Program-made: the position numbers and the translations under genes | NCBI GenBank assembly: GCA_028023455.1 | Contig: JAQFVV010000004.1 | Location: 12,524,001-12,588,000, forward strand | Direction of reading: 5' to 3' | Source: Epiperipatus broadwayi | Taxonomy: Eukaryota > Animalia > Onychophora | DNA: 64,000 nt | The notes under the pieces: generated by a model | What the model was told of the DNA's origin: nothing | Databases searched by the model: none | What the model saw: only the letters and a program-made list of their open reading frames with translations | Shown: one piece after another, positions 1-13,910 of the stretch | How the letters are laid out: every line of letters begins with the position of its first letter | Position numbering within the stretch: the stretch's first letter is position 1

Positions 1-1536
1 ATACTTATATTTCCCTTATGTTTAAATATCCTTATAATATCAATAAAAGTATGCATATTCTTTTAAATGACTAAACAAATGATAAACTATGTGTAGGTAT
101 CATGTTTTATATACGTCCCCATACATCCACACAAAATAATAAAATACATTATAACATCATCAATATTTTCACATTATTACCATAAGTAATCTCTGCTGGC
201 AATTACTTAGTAGATGGCTTCTGGATCACAAACTAAATAAAACATTTTAATTATCATTTATTCCACATTATCACACTTTTTAAATATATTAAGTTTTTTT
301 AAAAATTATTAAAGAGGTTTTTTTTTTACAATAACAATTTAATCAATAGGTTAGTAAATAATTTAATGTTCTATGTTCCTACTCTATCTCTATACTGTGA
401 ATAAGCATTAATTTTAACTTTTTTAGTAAAAGAAATAATTTAAAATTATATTTACAACAATTCCATTAAAACTTCTTAAGATGAAATGTTCTTTTTTTTC
501 TCGATAAAAAGTTCACTAAAGGAAGTGTCTTTTTCTCCTGGTACAACATTATTAATCACACTTTTGATGCCAAAAACTATGCATGCTTTGATATTTCCAT
601 GTTGCAACACAAAAAATTCAAGATGATGGTTCCCAAGCTAAATACAGTAAGTTTACTTTTTACTTCACAATATACGGATTGATGTAATTAATTATTACTC
701 TATCTCCACAATTTTAAATAAATTCATGAATTCCATTGCAATGTAAATATAGTATTAAAAATACTTTTGATATTTTTCGCTAAAACAATTTCCAAATTCT
801 TGTAACTTTTATCCATATTTCCTGATGTTCTATGTCCTCTGATACAACAAATAAAATTCCCAGCATTAGCTTTTATTACGTGGTTTAAAATATTTTCCAT
901 AAATAATTTTCAGAAAACCTTTTGTATGTCCAGCATAAACTAATTATCTTTTTAAAAAAATTTTCAAAGATGATATAAATCATATTGCTAATAATCTTAA
1001 CTTTATATCTTTTTTAAAAAAAAATACCAGTTTTAAAACTGATTTTCAGAATTTCTTCAGAAAGAAATATCTTAGCATCTTAAAATAATTGTTTTTGTTA
1101 CATTAAAAGTTTTTTTTTAAAAGAAAACTTTACTATTTTATTTTAACTAAGCTTTTTGAATAAAAGCTTTTCATATTCTTCTATTCTCAATTTCTATTGA
1201 ACTTTCTGAAAACTCTGTCAAGTTCCTTTTATGAAATTCAATTGTAAACTAACATGACTGATTAACATAGGCAAAATTATGTGCCTAGTATGAAAATAAT
1301 ACTTGAAAACTCCCATCAATAAATTTGCATTCAGTGATGACTTCTCCATGTTTAAGATAATGTTAAATTAGATGAAATAGATTAGCAAATAAGGAATTAC
1401 TTATTTTTAGCCTCACATCTCCGTATCATGATCTTATAACAATAAGTTACTGTACTTTTAGAATCTTAAAATAAATAAAATTGACTATTATTATTCTACC
1501 AATTAATTTACTGAAATTGTAGTAACAATAATGATG

Positions 1537-1594
1537 GTATAACAGTATAACGGTATAATAGTATAATAGGATAATAGTATAATAGTGTAATAGT
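1537..1594 (+). repeat. Short degenerate tandem repeat, about 7 copies of an 8-bp unit (GTATAATA)
   Basis: ggtataacagtataacggtataatagtataataggataatagtataatagtgtaatagtg read directly. Confidence 0.8.
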
Positions 1595-2807
1595 GACCTG
1601 GAAATTCCTGCACATGTTTTATACCTGCCCAAACTACACATTTTCATTGGTCAATTTCAACAATGCTTACTTTCAACCCTGGGCAATGAATGCCAGATTA
1701 AAGTTAAAACTAATAATAATTTATTAAATATTTATTTTTATTATATTATTCAATTCGTAATTAATTTTCATATTTTATTTACACTTAATAAATACTTTAA
1801 AATAAATTTAAAAAACAACATTACACTATTTATTATTATTTCTACCCTTATTTTAAACAAAACATATTTATTTTCAACATAAAACACAAATTTTATTTTA
1901 TTTATTATATTCACTTTAAAAACCTAACCTAATATTTATAACAGATAATATTATTTTATTCTCAAGCACAGGTGTGAATATTACATGTCACATGATTTAC
2001 AAAAATAAATGAGACGCTAATAATTTAAATGAAACTAAAATAAATAATTTAATTTATAAAATATTACATAACCCAATATTATAGCAAAATTTAAAATAAT
2101 TATTCCAATATTATAAAATTGAATATGCACTTTTCTCCCACATTATTACTTTTTAATTAAATGATTTTAAAATATAGCCATTAAATACAATTATTATTAT
2201 TAAATAATCTATCCATTTAACTTTAAATTCTACTTTTAAAATTAACTTTAATCATTCACTTATAAGACTTATTGAATCAGTACTTATTATGGCCAGTTCT
2301 GCCAACCATACAATCTTATAATGATTTTTAGTTAACTGTTTTCTTACAAATACTAACACAATATTATACATCAATTATTTTACTTGCCCCAACTAAATTA
2401 TTACAAGATCATCAACACAGAACATACATCATTCCCTTACTTAACTTTGAAATTTAAAATTTTCCAATAAATTGATAGAAATAATCCATTCTAACCTAAA
2501 CAAAAGGGTACAATATATATATATTATTAGTCATTAATTAGATTAGCAATTATTCACTTAATGAACAATATTTCTGTAGTGTAATACTTTGTTATTATGT
2601 TACATTTGTAATACAAACTTATTAAATTAAGTCATATGATGTATGACTTGGTTTTTTTTTATTATTATAGTTTGGCTTTCAAGGCTTTGGCAATATTATA
2701 TTGCTATGGCTATTAATATATATCTTTATCTTATTGCATTGTCAAATCCATATAATATTAATATCATCTATATTCTTTATTACTTTCTAAAATGTTTTTT
2801 ACAACCC

Positions 2808-2850
2808 ACTATTAACAGTTTTGATTGTCCCAGCAATCTTCTTCAGAACT
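2808..2850 (-). ncRNA. Degraded minimal hammerhead ribozyme in the PLE1 3' region
   Basis: Minus strand reads gtt CTGAAGA A GATTG ctggga CAATC AAAA CTG TT aat: perfect 5-bp stem II, G12 mutated to A, U at the cleavage position. Confidence 0.65.
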
Positions 2851-3439
2851 ATAACAAACACAATACAAATACATGAATACAAATATACAGAAACATATAA
2901 TTTTTCATTATATATATTCTATCTTATAATTATTATTTATATACCCACATATATCTTTATATACCTCTCTATACAATTATTATCTTTTTATATATTTATA
3001 CAATTTACTATTTTTTATATTCTATATTTATCAGTTAATACTTCCTATAATCATATATATATAATTTGTATTTCATTTATTTTTTATTTTACACTTAGTA
3101 ATCATTTTAATCTTTAATTCTAATATTATATATTCATACTTTTATATTTTATATTACTATTATTCATTATATTAACATTCAATATGTATAATTTTCTTTT
3201 AACCTATAATTTTTTTAACATATCTTTATATACCTACCTTCTATTTATATTTCCAGATCTCAACTGCTAAATTCAAACTTTTAAATTTTACATATATACT
3301 TTAATAGTTCCCTCTTTCTATTTTTTATATAATTAAATCTATTTTTATGGCAAAAATTTTTTCAGGCCTAAATCTCTATTTAATACTGGCTTAATATTAT
3401 TAATATAAATAGCTTCTTTTATTTTTCTATCTCTTTTAT

Positions 3440-3640
3440 TATTTGTAAATTATATCATCTTTATATAATCCTTTCCAAACTCATGTTCTGTTTCTAATAT
3501 GTATAAATATATTGGTGAATTTTTGTCATATTTCATCTTCTATATGTTGAATTCTTTGTTTCTCCTACATAATTTGCTTTTATATTATTACTTTGACACA
3601 TTTTACAATTAATTTAATATAATCCATTTATTTCATTATT
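3440..3640 (-). pseudogene. GIY-YIG endonuclease domain of PLE1
   Basis: Manual minus-strand translation gives NGLY*INCKMCQSNNIKANYVGETKN, matching G.Y.I.C..C...Y.GET. Confidence 0.8.
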
Positions 3641-3814
3641 TGAATTTTTATTATAAATACTAAAATAGTTATTTTTTAAAATACTAATTATATTTTTTCT
3701 CTTTTTCTTAAATATTATAACATTTACTATATTATTAAATTTTATCTATAACTTCATTTAAATTCTTAATTACATAGTTACTTCTTGTCTTTATATCTAT
3801 ATAATTAATTTTAT

Positions 3815-5101
3815 CTATATTATTACTATTTTTTCTTCTTTATTATTATTTATATAATCTATCATATTTTCTATTAACCTAATATTATCATTGATATATT
3901 TACTTGGATAACCATTATTTATAATTTCTTCTTTCATTAAATCTATTTGCTTAATATAATCTTTACTTGAACAATAGTTTACTGCTCTATGAATTCTGGA
4001 ATGAATTGTATTTATTTTATATTTTATATTTGTACTCGACTGCCAATTAGTTATATTATTATCTACATTATTTTTCTTATAAATTGATGTTTCAATCCTG
4101 CATTTTACTTCTTCATATGACTTAATCAATTTTATCTTTCTCCACAGTAAATTAAATGTTTTAATCGATCTTATCAATATCCTCCATAAATAAAAATCTA
4201 TCTGCCTTTGTGTTTTATTAACTATCAATAAATAAAAATTTACATATCTTTTAATATAGATTGGAGCATTATTATTTACTAATATTAACATCTCCAATTC
4301 TTCAATATAAATATTATTCAATACTCCACTTAATGCTCTTCCTATTAATAAATCTTCTGTTTGCTTATAAAACCTATCATTAAATTAAAACATTATTAAT
4401 TTACAACATATTACTATAATCTCCTTTAATTGTTTTATATATAGGTATATATATATATTATTATTATCCTTTTCATATCTATTAATAACTATATCTATTG
4501 CTTTCTCCACATTAATATTTCTTTACATTAATACAATGTCCATTTTAATCATTATCACATTATAATTACTATAGTTATTCATTACATTTTTAATTTTACT
4601 TATTAAAACATTATTATTTTTACATATGATTTATTATCATACATGCAGTATACTTTACTATAATATGAATTACTACCATTAATAACTGATCTTACTGGTA
4701 TACCTTTAAAATTTTTAGGTGCTCTGTAAATTTTAGCTGCTATACAGTCTTTTACCATTAAATAATCAAATATATTATAAATCAATTATATCATTTTTAT
4801 AAAAGTCTTTTATTATTGTATATACTCTTACATTCAATAATTTCATATCAACTTTTTTAATTCTCCCAAATACATTACCTTTCAATATATTATTCATTTT
4901 TTCTATATAATCCTCTTTATTTATCATTATCAATTTATTTCCTTTATCTGACTTTGTAAAAACTATTTTACCCTTATATTTATCTTTTATTTCTTTAATA
5001 ACCTTTGTTTTAGCAACATCATTCTTATTAATTCCTTTATTTTTATGTTTCTTTTTTATTCTATAAATCATATTGTCTACTTCATTATCAACTTTTTCCA
5101 T
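3815..5101 (-). pseudogene. PLE reverse transcriptase, fragmented by stops and frameshifts
   Basis: Three ORF-track fragments with DKG, P.IYG.PK..K.G.P.R.I-like and thumb NGYP motifs typical of Penelope RT. Confidence 0.85.
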
Positions 5102-7619
5102 CCATACTTTATCATTATTACTAATAATTTTATTACTATCTATATTCTAATAATAATAGATTTTGTAATTCTCTTTTACATACTTCTGTGCTATTTTCTC
5201 CTTTAACATTCTCAATTCTATTATATCATTATTACCATTATATTTATATAGTACATATTTAATCCCTTTGCTTATAATTTCATTTTCTTGTTCTGTTAAT
5301 TCTATACATATCATATTATAAATTTTTTCTTTATAATTATTCCTTTTCTTCTCATCTTTCTTTAGACCTTTTTCTTCTTTTAACCTCCTTATTTTTTATT
5401 ATATCTATTCTCTCTTTCCTTATTTATCCATACCTTTTTTAATCTACATAATTCTCTAAAAAATTTCTTCTTCCTTAGTTACTTTCCTTGTCAGTATTGA
5501 TTCAATACTTAAAATATCTCTATATAACCTTTGTTTTATTCTATAACTATTATTAATAAATACTTTTAATATCCTCTTTTTTAATATTTCTATAAACCTG
5601 ATTTTGTTTCTTAGCATTTTTCTATAACTATTAATCCTTATAAATTTTGGTATTATATCCAATCTTCTACATTCTTTTAAAAAATTATATTATTATTAAT
5701 ATTATTTAATTAGAAGATAAAGAATACTGGAAATAGAACTTGGATAAAAACAAAAAACATTGATATATATATATATTGTAAACAAGTATTTTCACACTTG
5801 CTCCCATGGCTTACCATAGCATAACAAGTTTCTATATTTACTTGATTTTAAAAAAAAATACTTAACTGATAAATAAAATATGGAAGAAACAATAATTTTG
5901 TTGTATATAACATTTTAATACAGCCTATATGCAAAGTAGATATGTTTCTCTATTTTTCATAAGTATAATAGTTTATATTTATTTTAATAATTCTAGTAAT
6001 TATTAAAATAATAGTATTATATTAAAATGTGTGCCAGAAATAATATTTTAATAGTATAATAATTAAGTTTATAAGACAGAAGAGAGTAGAGAATGTAAAA
6101 TTAATTTAAAGTCAGCTTCTGTAAGTTTTAAAATAGTCAAATAAGAGTTAAATTTTTAGTGTGTTATAATTCAGTTTAAAGTTTATTAAGGTTATTTTAA
6201 TACTAAAAGTTTGAAACATCATTTCCTTTATTCATGTATGTGTGTGCTTGCATGAGTGAATGGAATGTGTTTTATAATTAAGTAGTTTAATTTTGAGTTA
6301 TTTAAACTCATTAAAATATATATAAATAAATGATTATAATATTAGTTAAAGAATAAATCTAAAGCATAAATAGTTATTGATTTAAACTTTGATAAATTAA
6401 AGTCATAAGAAATTCAATTAGTAAATGAAGTAAAACTATGCTTCAGTATTTTTTATAATAATATTTTTTATATAAGAAAACTTTATTAACTTTCTTCCAA
6501 ATTAAGTTCATTAAATCACAAGTCATTTTTGAAAATATCTAGATTCAAATGACATCATTTACTGATTGACTTATCTTATAGTTGAGTTTTAATAATAAAA
6601 TAAAATAAATAATAAAAATAACAGTTTTTGTTTATTGGGTATTTATAAGAAATTAACAGCTAAAAAAGGCTAATAAAAAGTGATTATAAAAAAGAGATTC
6701 TGTTTTGTTCTGGTTCATACCCCCCCCCCTCAAATTATTAGTATATCAAAGAATACAAAGAACATTTAACAATTATTGGTTTAGCTCAATAATATATTAA
6801 ATGTTTATTACATTATAATAACCAGTTTGCAAAGGCAATACCTTATCATTGAAGTTATATCATTCTATTCTTAATCATTATTTTTGCATTTGCATATGAA
6901 CTCATACAACTCATGATCAAAAAATAAGATTTCCTTGGCATATTTCTCAATCTTTTACCAAAATTTTATCTTTCAAAACATTTTGTAGAAAAACATTATG
7001 CTTAAATTGTATCCCATATTTTTTTTTATTTCACTTAATGTTATCCCGTTCAATAATTCTCTTATTATATAAATTTCTCTCAATATAGGATCATTAGCCT
7101 TCTTTTCCATGCAATTTGTCCTAGTCAACCATCATGTAATCCAGTGGACCATTTAATTCATTTATATATATTTGCATAAATTTGCATCATACTTGTATAT
7201 ACCACTCCCCTGTCCACCACTCATTGCTATGAATATGATATCAAGATCAAGATATGGAAAGTGGCTTGGCATAAGGTTATAATAAACTTTTATACATAAG
7301 CTTTTCTTATTTAGCATTACTACTGTGTATAACTTAATTTTCATACTTTGTAATTTTATTTTTTTCCTGCTTTCCCAATGACTGAATCTCACTTCTATAT
7401 TTAATATATTCAAAACAAAAGTTCTAGAAAACAGTAAGTTTGGGGAACAAAAAAAAATGGGAATGATAATTGTATTTATTTTAAAAAGTTAGTTCAACTT
7501 TAATTGCTAAAACAAAACATGACCATCATTTCTTATGCATACACAGTCTGTTAAAACAATAACTCTCTCTAAACAGAAATGTCATGTAGTAATCAATGCT
7601 ATCTATTGTTTATTCATCC

Positions 7620-7685
7620 AATATTCTCAGACTAGTTTCTAACTTGTAGCATTCATCAGTTAGGAGCCTTAAATCTGAGAGCATT
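7620..7685 (-). ncRNA. Degenerate minimal hammerhead ribozyme
   Basis: Minus strand CTGATGA A TGCT aca AGTTA GAAA CTAG TC TGAGAATATT. Palindromic ACTAGT stem III; upstream AATGCTCTCA pairs 9/10 with TGAGAATATT but lies 16 nt away from the core. Confidence 0.55.
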
Positions 7686-9329
7686 GCACATAGATCTTTG
7701 GATCTAATGCAATCCTCCAGCAGCCACATTTTATCCTTTTAGTTAATTATAAAGCTATGAACCCAAAATGAAGACCCAATGTTTTCAATTCAAGATTATT
7801 CATTTGTATAGTCATACAGATCTGAACTAAGTTCAAGTACATTTGGTTCCATTGTTTTTTAATAACCACAGTCATAATCATCCTTTAATCAGGATTTATA
7901 TTAAACCACTAAAACATCCCAAGATCATCATTTCTAATGTTGATACAATCTATTAAATACTAGAAATTCATTAACACCCATTGATTACTATGCTTAACAC
8001 TAGGATCACTATTCTTTGGAGAGCATTGCTGCAATTTAAAAACAAACAAAACGTCATTAAGAGTATCATTAGATTTAATGCTATGCATAAAAGCAGTGAT
8101 CAACTTAGAGATCAGTTTATCTTTTTATATTTAAATACGTAATTATGCTGAAGTTATAATCTACTTTTATTGCTAATGTTTCTTTATTCGTTCCAAGATA
8201 TATTTCACTTTATTTTTAACCACCTCTATACACTACCTTGATTAAAAACATTAACCTGTTATACAAATCTTGTTCCACAAACCATGTGTTTTTTTTTATT
8301 CTAACTAAACGTTTTTGAAATTTTATTACAAATATCATCAATCTACCTGATTATTTTATTAAGCTTCAATACCTTAACAGATATTCTGTCAGTAAATCCT
8401 TATTCCAATATTTCTACAGTATTTTTTTTTTTTTTGGAAGAGAAATTTATTACCTTTTGGAACTAAATATTAAATAAACATAGGGGGGGAAAATCCACAC
8501 CTTACATTCATACGGATGTCCATCTTTTCTATATCCCCCCTTCCTCTACTTCATAAATCATAAAAGTCCCTTTTTAACCAATTTACACTTTCATTTTCAA
8601 AAGGTCAAACAGAAAGATGCAATTTATTTTATGAAATGCTTTCTCAGGATCAATAAACCATTAACTGTTCTATTTAAATCCTCAGAAAATATAAATTTTG
8701 TTATTTTTTTATATGTTTCATAGAGAAGTGATTCAAAATTCAAACAGTACAAGAGATATATAAATGAAGTGTTTCAATATGTGTATGTGTATATATATAT
8801 ATATATGCATAATTAGAAATAACTTTATTGATGCAATTATAATCCATTAGATTATCACTTCCATTATCACAATTATGATGAGTTATACCATTAAACATTA
8901 CATTTCCTATACTAGCACATTAATTGTTGATAAACAGAGCAAAACTCTCCACACAGTATTGCCACCTGTGCTAAACAGAGTAATCAATGGTCTAACAACC
9001 TTATACAAGAGTTTCCACGCATTATTTAAATCTAAATATTCGCAGTAATTTTGTTAGATGTCTTTTTTTAGCTTGCCTTTTAAGAGCTGTGAATATTTTT
9101 ATAATTACTTTCATTTACTATATATAGGAAATTATTTACAATTTGATAAAAAATAAGGCTTAACTTTCAATTATTTCTACACAATTTTAGTGCTAACCAG
9201 ATCTAAGATGATCACCATTAGCACCTGAAACAAGCTATACAAACTGCATTTTTGATAAAAGAAAAGAGAATATTATTTATATTAAAAATACTCTCACAAC
9301 TTTCTTAAAGATTTATTTAGGCATTTTTC

Positions 9330-9640
9330 GGTTACTAATAAAAATTATTATTTTTATCTATGTTTCTTTTTCATGCCTGAGATTATTGTATCGCTATTGT
9401 GACCCTATTCACTTCTCCACATCTAGATCTCAAAGCTTCTTGTGTTTTTATTCCCTTGTTGCAACTCTCAAATCTCTGATTCCATACAAATATTTTACAC
9501 GTTTATGAATACTGACTTTAATACACAAAATAATCTCTGACTCTTATAAAAGGTTTGTTTGTCTGATAAAATTTTCTCTTTAAAATCTTTGCTATTTTTA
9601 CCAAAAAATAATCTATATAATTTCTTGCCAAAGAACCATC
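9330..9640 (-). mobile_element. Highly degraded RTE-like LINE RT C-terminal fragment
   Basis: Frameshifted minus-strand reading resembles AFEMWCWRR-type RTE C-terminal motif. Confidence 0.3.
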
Positions 9641-12600
9641 TTTATCTTTTATTAGATCCATATATATTTATTGCTATAAACCAGGGGCTTCCAAAAAGTT
9701 CCACTATAGAATTTTTTAATGAATGGTGGGTCAGATAAATTATTTTTTTTAAAAAAAAATCACAACAATTAATTAACATACAAAAAAAAATAATAATCTG
9801 AAATTCGAAGCCCAAAAATGATTTAAATAATTCATACATTTTTAATAACTACATTAAAAAAAAACAACTCATTATAAGCTAGAAAACATTTACAGAAAAA
9901 GTAAAATTTAATATGATAATTGGTTTTGCAGATTTTTATATCTTCTTTAATATAAAAAATACTTGCAAATAAAAAGTTATAAAAATTTGGAATCATTTAC
10001 GACTGCATTTTTGATTTTTCATTTTTGAAAAAAATATTTGCAAAAGTATATACTTGCAAAAATAAATATAGTTGTTCTGACTATATAAGTTAAACAAATC
10101 AACAGTGAAGGTAACAGCTATTCCCTTTTAGTACACATACATTTCCAACAGCTATTATCATTTTTATATTATCAAAGCTTGTATTTGAAAATTTCAAATG
10201 CTATAAGGAATTAAACTAATTGCTTATATAACTATATAGATCTGATACTAAGACATCAAATATATTTTAATCATATAAGTCATCATTTAACAAAAAGTTG
10301 GCTAGGATTTAATTTTGAATTCATTAATTTAGCAATATAATATTCCTCACTGATTATCTCTAATAGCTAGCTTTTTAATGCAGTTGGTAAATATGAACTG
10401 GGAGACATATACTTGTTTGGATAATCATTATAATTTTGACTGGACCAGATGATCTATTCAGACTCACTTTTGCATTCACTTTGCATAAATTTATTTTCTG
10501 GGATTCTAAATATGCTTTGAGAAACTGTTTTTAAAAGATTACGAATCATAACTCAAAATAGATTAGTTATGATTAATAGATAGATGAATAAATATATATT
10601 CAATATATAAACATTAGTATTATGGAATAAAGAATAGAAATGAGATTATATCCATATAAACAGAAATAACTTTTAGCTTTTGGTGTTGCTAAGAAACAAT
10701 CAACTGCTACTAATTAACAATCCTTGAGGCTAAACTGGTATTCTCATTAACCTATAGTAGCAGTTTTGTTGGAGTCTTTGTTGAAGTAAAAGGGCATTCT
10801 TTTAATTTTAAACCCATATTCTTATATGGATTTAAACCCAGAAAGCTATTTTTATAGATCAGTTTAAACCATTTATTAATTATAAACACAAAACTGTCTG
10901 ACTTGCCACTAATATGAGGTTCAAAGATGAAAAAGTGATTTTTTTCTCAAAAGGCTTTAACATTTTCTTTCTTTCAGATAGCCTGTCTATAGTCAAATCA
11001 ACTATACCCAACAATGGTCTATAAATGAGTATCTAACTATTCTTAGCTAGAAGATAAAACAAATACAGGAAACAAATCAAATCCCCACTCAGAAGTAAAT
11101 GAGTCTAGTCTAGTGGGTACTGCAGTCTTCTTCATTTCTTTTGCAGAGGCTGTTGACAGAACTTTGCTCTGCAGTGGGCTATTTATTTAAAAGGTTGTTT
11201 ACCTTTATACAAGAAAAAAAAATTACATTTCAAGCGCAATAAGAAAAAAACAACTTCTGATTTGTTTCAAAGCAGATTACTTTTTACAGGTTACTCCTAT
11301 TAAAAAGGAAAATATGTTGACATATTTTGAATGTAACCATCTTTTGGTCAGTGATGTTGAGGAGAACTTTGCCAATGTTACCACATATTTTATTTATAAC
11401 ATTTAATAACGAACAGATATAATGAGTAGACGAGTGACTAAAAAAAGTAATAAAATAATGTAGAGATTTATTTTTAAAATGTTTTAATACATTTTAATTA
11501 AATATTTTTAAATTATTATTTGTTTTAGAAATTTAAATTGTCTCCTAGATTATGAAGTATTTTCTTTAAAAATACATTTTTAATAAACACTTAAGCGTGA
11601 AAATAAAAAGATTTTACTTAAAAGAATTTGTGTTGTTATATAAAAATCAAAGAAAACTACAAAGTAGAAACTAAATAACAAAACATTTGTCACATGAAAT
11701 AGATCAAAACAAAATGTAATCCCTTTGAACTTGATATTTGGATTGTAAAATAATCAATGAAAAGCTCCTGCATTGATTAATAAATACATTGAGAATTTTT
11801 TTAATTACACAAGAATTCATTTTCTAAAATATTAATAGAGATTAGTACATTTGTTTTATGAAAAATAATACTAATATTTGATTTATGATAATGATAACTT
11901 ATTAAAAATTTGAAATGTATTGAAAATATTTTAAATATTTTTTTATGTTTTCTAATTACTGTTTAATTTTCATAACATGTTAATATACACAACAGTATTT
12001 CATAAGTAACAAATATCAACAGATCTTATAAATTCTTATGGGGAGAAATAATCTTGTGGGCTGGATTAGGCCCCATGGGTTATAGTTGGGGGGATTATTG
12101 TTTTAGATTACAATTTATTTATTTCTATTTCGATCTTTATATAAAAGTTCTTTGTTAATTGATTTTTGATATGCACAAGTATGATCAGACCCTTAAATCC
12201 TCTTTAAAATGATAGCTTCCTTGTTATCAAATGACATTAATTTAGTTATTTATCTCATCTGTCAAGATAAAAAACTCTCTGTAACACATTTCTCTATATT
12301 CACTCCTTATTTAAGATAACCAATTACTATTCGGCTCATCTAAAAAAGAATTACACCATTATAATCATATGAATTTATTTTGTATGCATGTTTAATGTCT
12401 GAGGTCATAAGTAAAATATAGCCAAGAGAGGGTTTTTTTTTTGCCTAGGCACACAAAAATCCTTCAAATAACCATTTCAAATAATTGGCTTATAATCAAA
12501 TCAACTAACCATCTAATACCACCTAATAAATGAATATTTTGTTATTGTTAACCAGAGGGTAAACTAAGTGTCAAGGCAATATAAAAAACATATTGATACA

Positions 12601-13021
12601 TTGATCATTAAAAAATATATAATTATAATATGTTGTGACTTTTATCATCATCAAGAAATATGTTTTAAAACCTAGTAATTCAGAAAATTGAAATTAAAAT
12701 TAAATATGCAATAGAATATTATGTCAAAACAGTTATTTGTCATCACTAGATTTATATATCCTTAATATCAAATTATTCAGACCTTATGGTTGTTAATGAG
12801 GTATGGAATTAAAAATTGCAACTGCTTCTAATAAATGTCTATTCAAAATTAATGAAGCAAGTATTAATTCCTATTTTCTATTTATTTCTCAACAACAGCC
12901 TCATCATTTCCAAATACATCTAATCTTCCACTCTGTACAAATATAAGCTGTTCTCAATTACTATATAGAAAAAGAATCAGAATTAAAACCAATTCTTTTT
13001 TTATGTTGCACTTCAAGTATA

Positions 13022-13213
13022 CAATAGTCAATAATATGTTTAAAAATACATATATATACAAGCAACAAAGATTACAAATTATAAAATTATCATAGAAAAG
13101 CCTTTTTCGGCAAAAAATATAATTTGCCGAAAAAGGCTTTTCTATGATAATTTTATAATTTGTAATCTTTGTTGCTTGTATATATGTATTTTTAAACATA
13201 TTATTGACTACTG
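13022..13213. mobile_element. Palindromic MITE (about 93-bp arms, about 8-nt spacer) with pogo/Tc1-type CAGTAG ends
   Basis: 13022-13114 is the near-perfect reverse complement of 13122-13213. Ends are TA|CAATAGTC and GACTACTG|TT, so the TA target duplication is imperfect on the right. Confidence 0.75.
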
Positions 13214-13399
13214 TTCTCAATGTAAAAATATTTCTAATATAGCAAAAAAATATCTCTATTCAACATTTTATTCATATGAAATTAAACATACTATTCTAAA
13301 GTCCTCATATTTTAGAACATAAGACTAAAACAATCAAATTTTTAGTAAATCATATATCACCTATTCATGTATTGTAAATTATCTGAATTCAACAACCTT

Positions 13400-13910
13400 T
13401 TTAAAACTAGAATGTTAAATTTTAACAAAACGATCATTAACCCCTCGTATGATATCATTTTTTATCCCAATTTATTTTTTATAACATTATTCTTTACAAC
13501 CGGATGATCTTATCAACTTCATTTTTTGTATTAATACAGATCAGACATCTTTATCTCTACCATACAAATTAGCATACAATATTTTTTCAATACATTACTC
13601 GTTTGCTTTAATTTATAATTTGTTGCATACTTTTCTGCCTTTCAATCTTCATTTTTATGATCCTCCTTTCTTCACCATAACATTGATTCTCCTATTAGTA
13701 AAATTGAATGTACTTTTTTTTTTATTAGTTGTCTATCTAATTACATTCTATTTATAACTTCAAGTATTTAGCTTTCATTTTCTGTTAAGATTTATTAATA
13801 TATTTCTATATTTTTCAAGATTTATAGTTGTCCATTTATATATTCTATCAATTTATAATTATCATTATGCTTTCTCTTTAGCACTTGTGCATAATGTCTG
13901 TGATACAGTT
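13400..13910 (-). mobile_element. Degraded RTE-like LINE RT C-terminal fragment
   Basis: Frameshifted remnants resembling the F.YLG, K.KLK and ILYG.E motifs. Confidence 0.4.

Larger units (their letters stand above)
2520..5700 (-). mobile_element. Decayed Penelope-like element (PLE1): RT, C-terminal GIY-YIG endonuclease and a 3' region carrying an HHR
   Basis: Minus-strand ORF pieces carry PLE RT motifs: KSDKGNKLIMINKEDYIEKMN (4775-5101), KIYRAPK..GIPVRSVING (4603-4785), SIYKK..NWQS..KYKINTIHSRIHRA..CS..NNGYP (3815-4321). GIY-YIG motif lies downstream. Boundaries approximate. Confidence 0.85.

Noticed and set aside
1030-1065. CTGAAGA-AATTCT-GAAA on the minus strand
   Set aside because: No stem II or stem I pairing; likely a chance match.
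2221-2480. KGMMYVLC..SC resembling a second GIY-YIG
   Set aside because: Downstream Y.G.T motif is not convincing.
6800-7420. Minus-strand coding-like remnant (ORF 7162-7413)
   Set aside because: Could not be assigned to any family from motifs; left uncalled.
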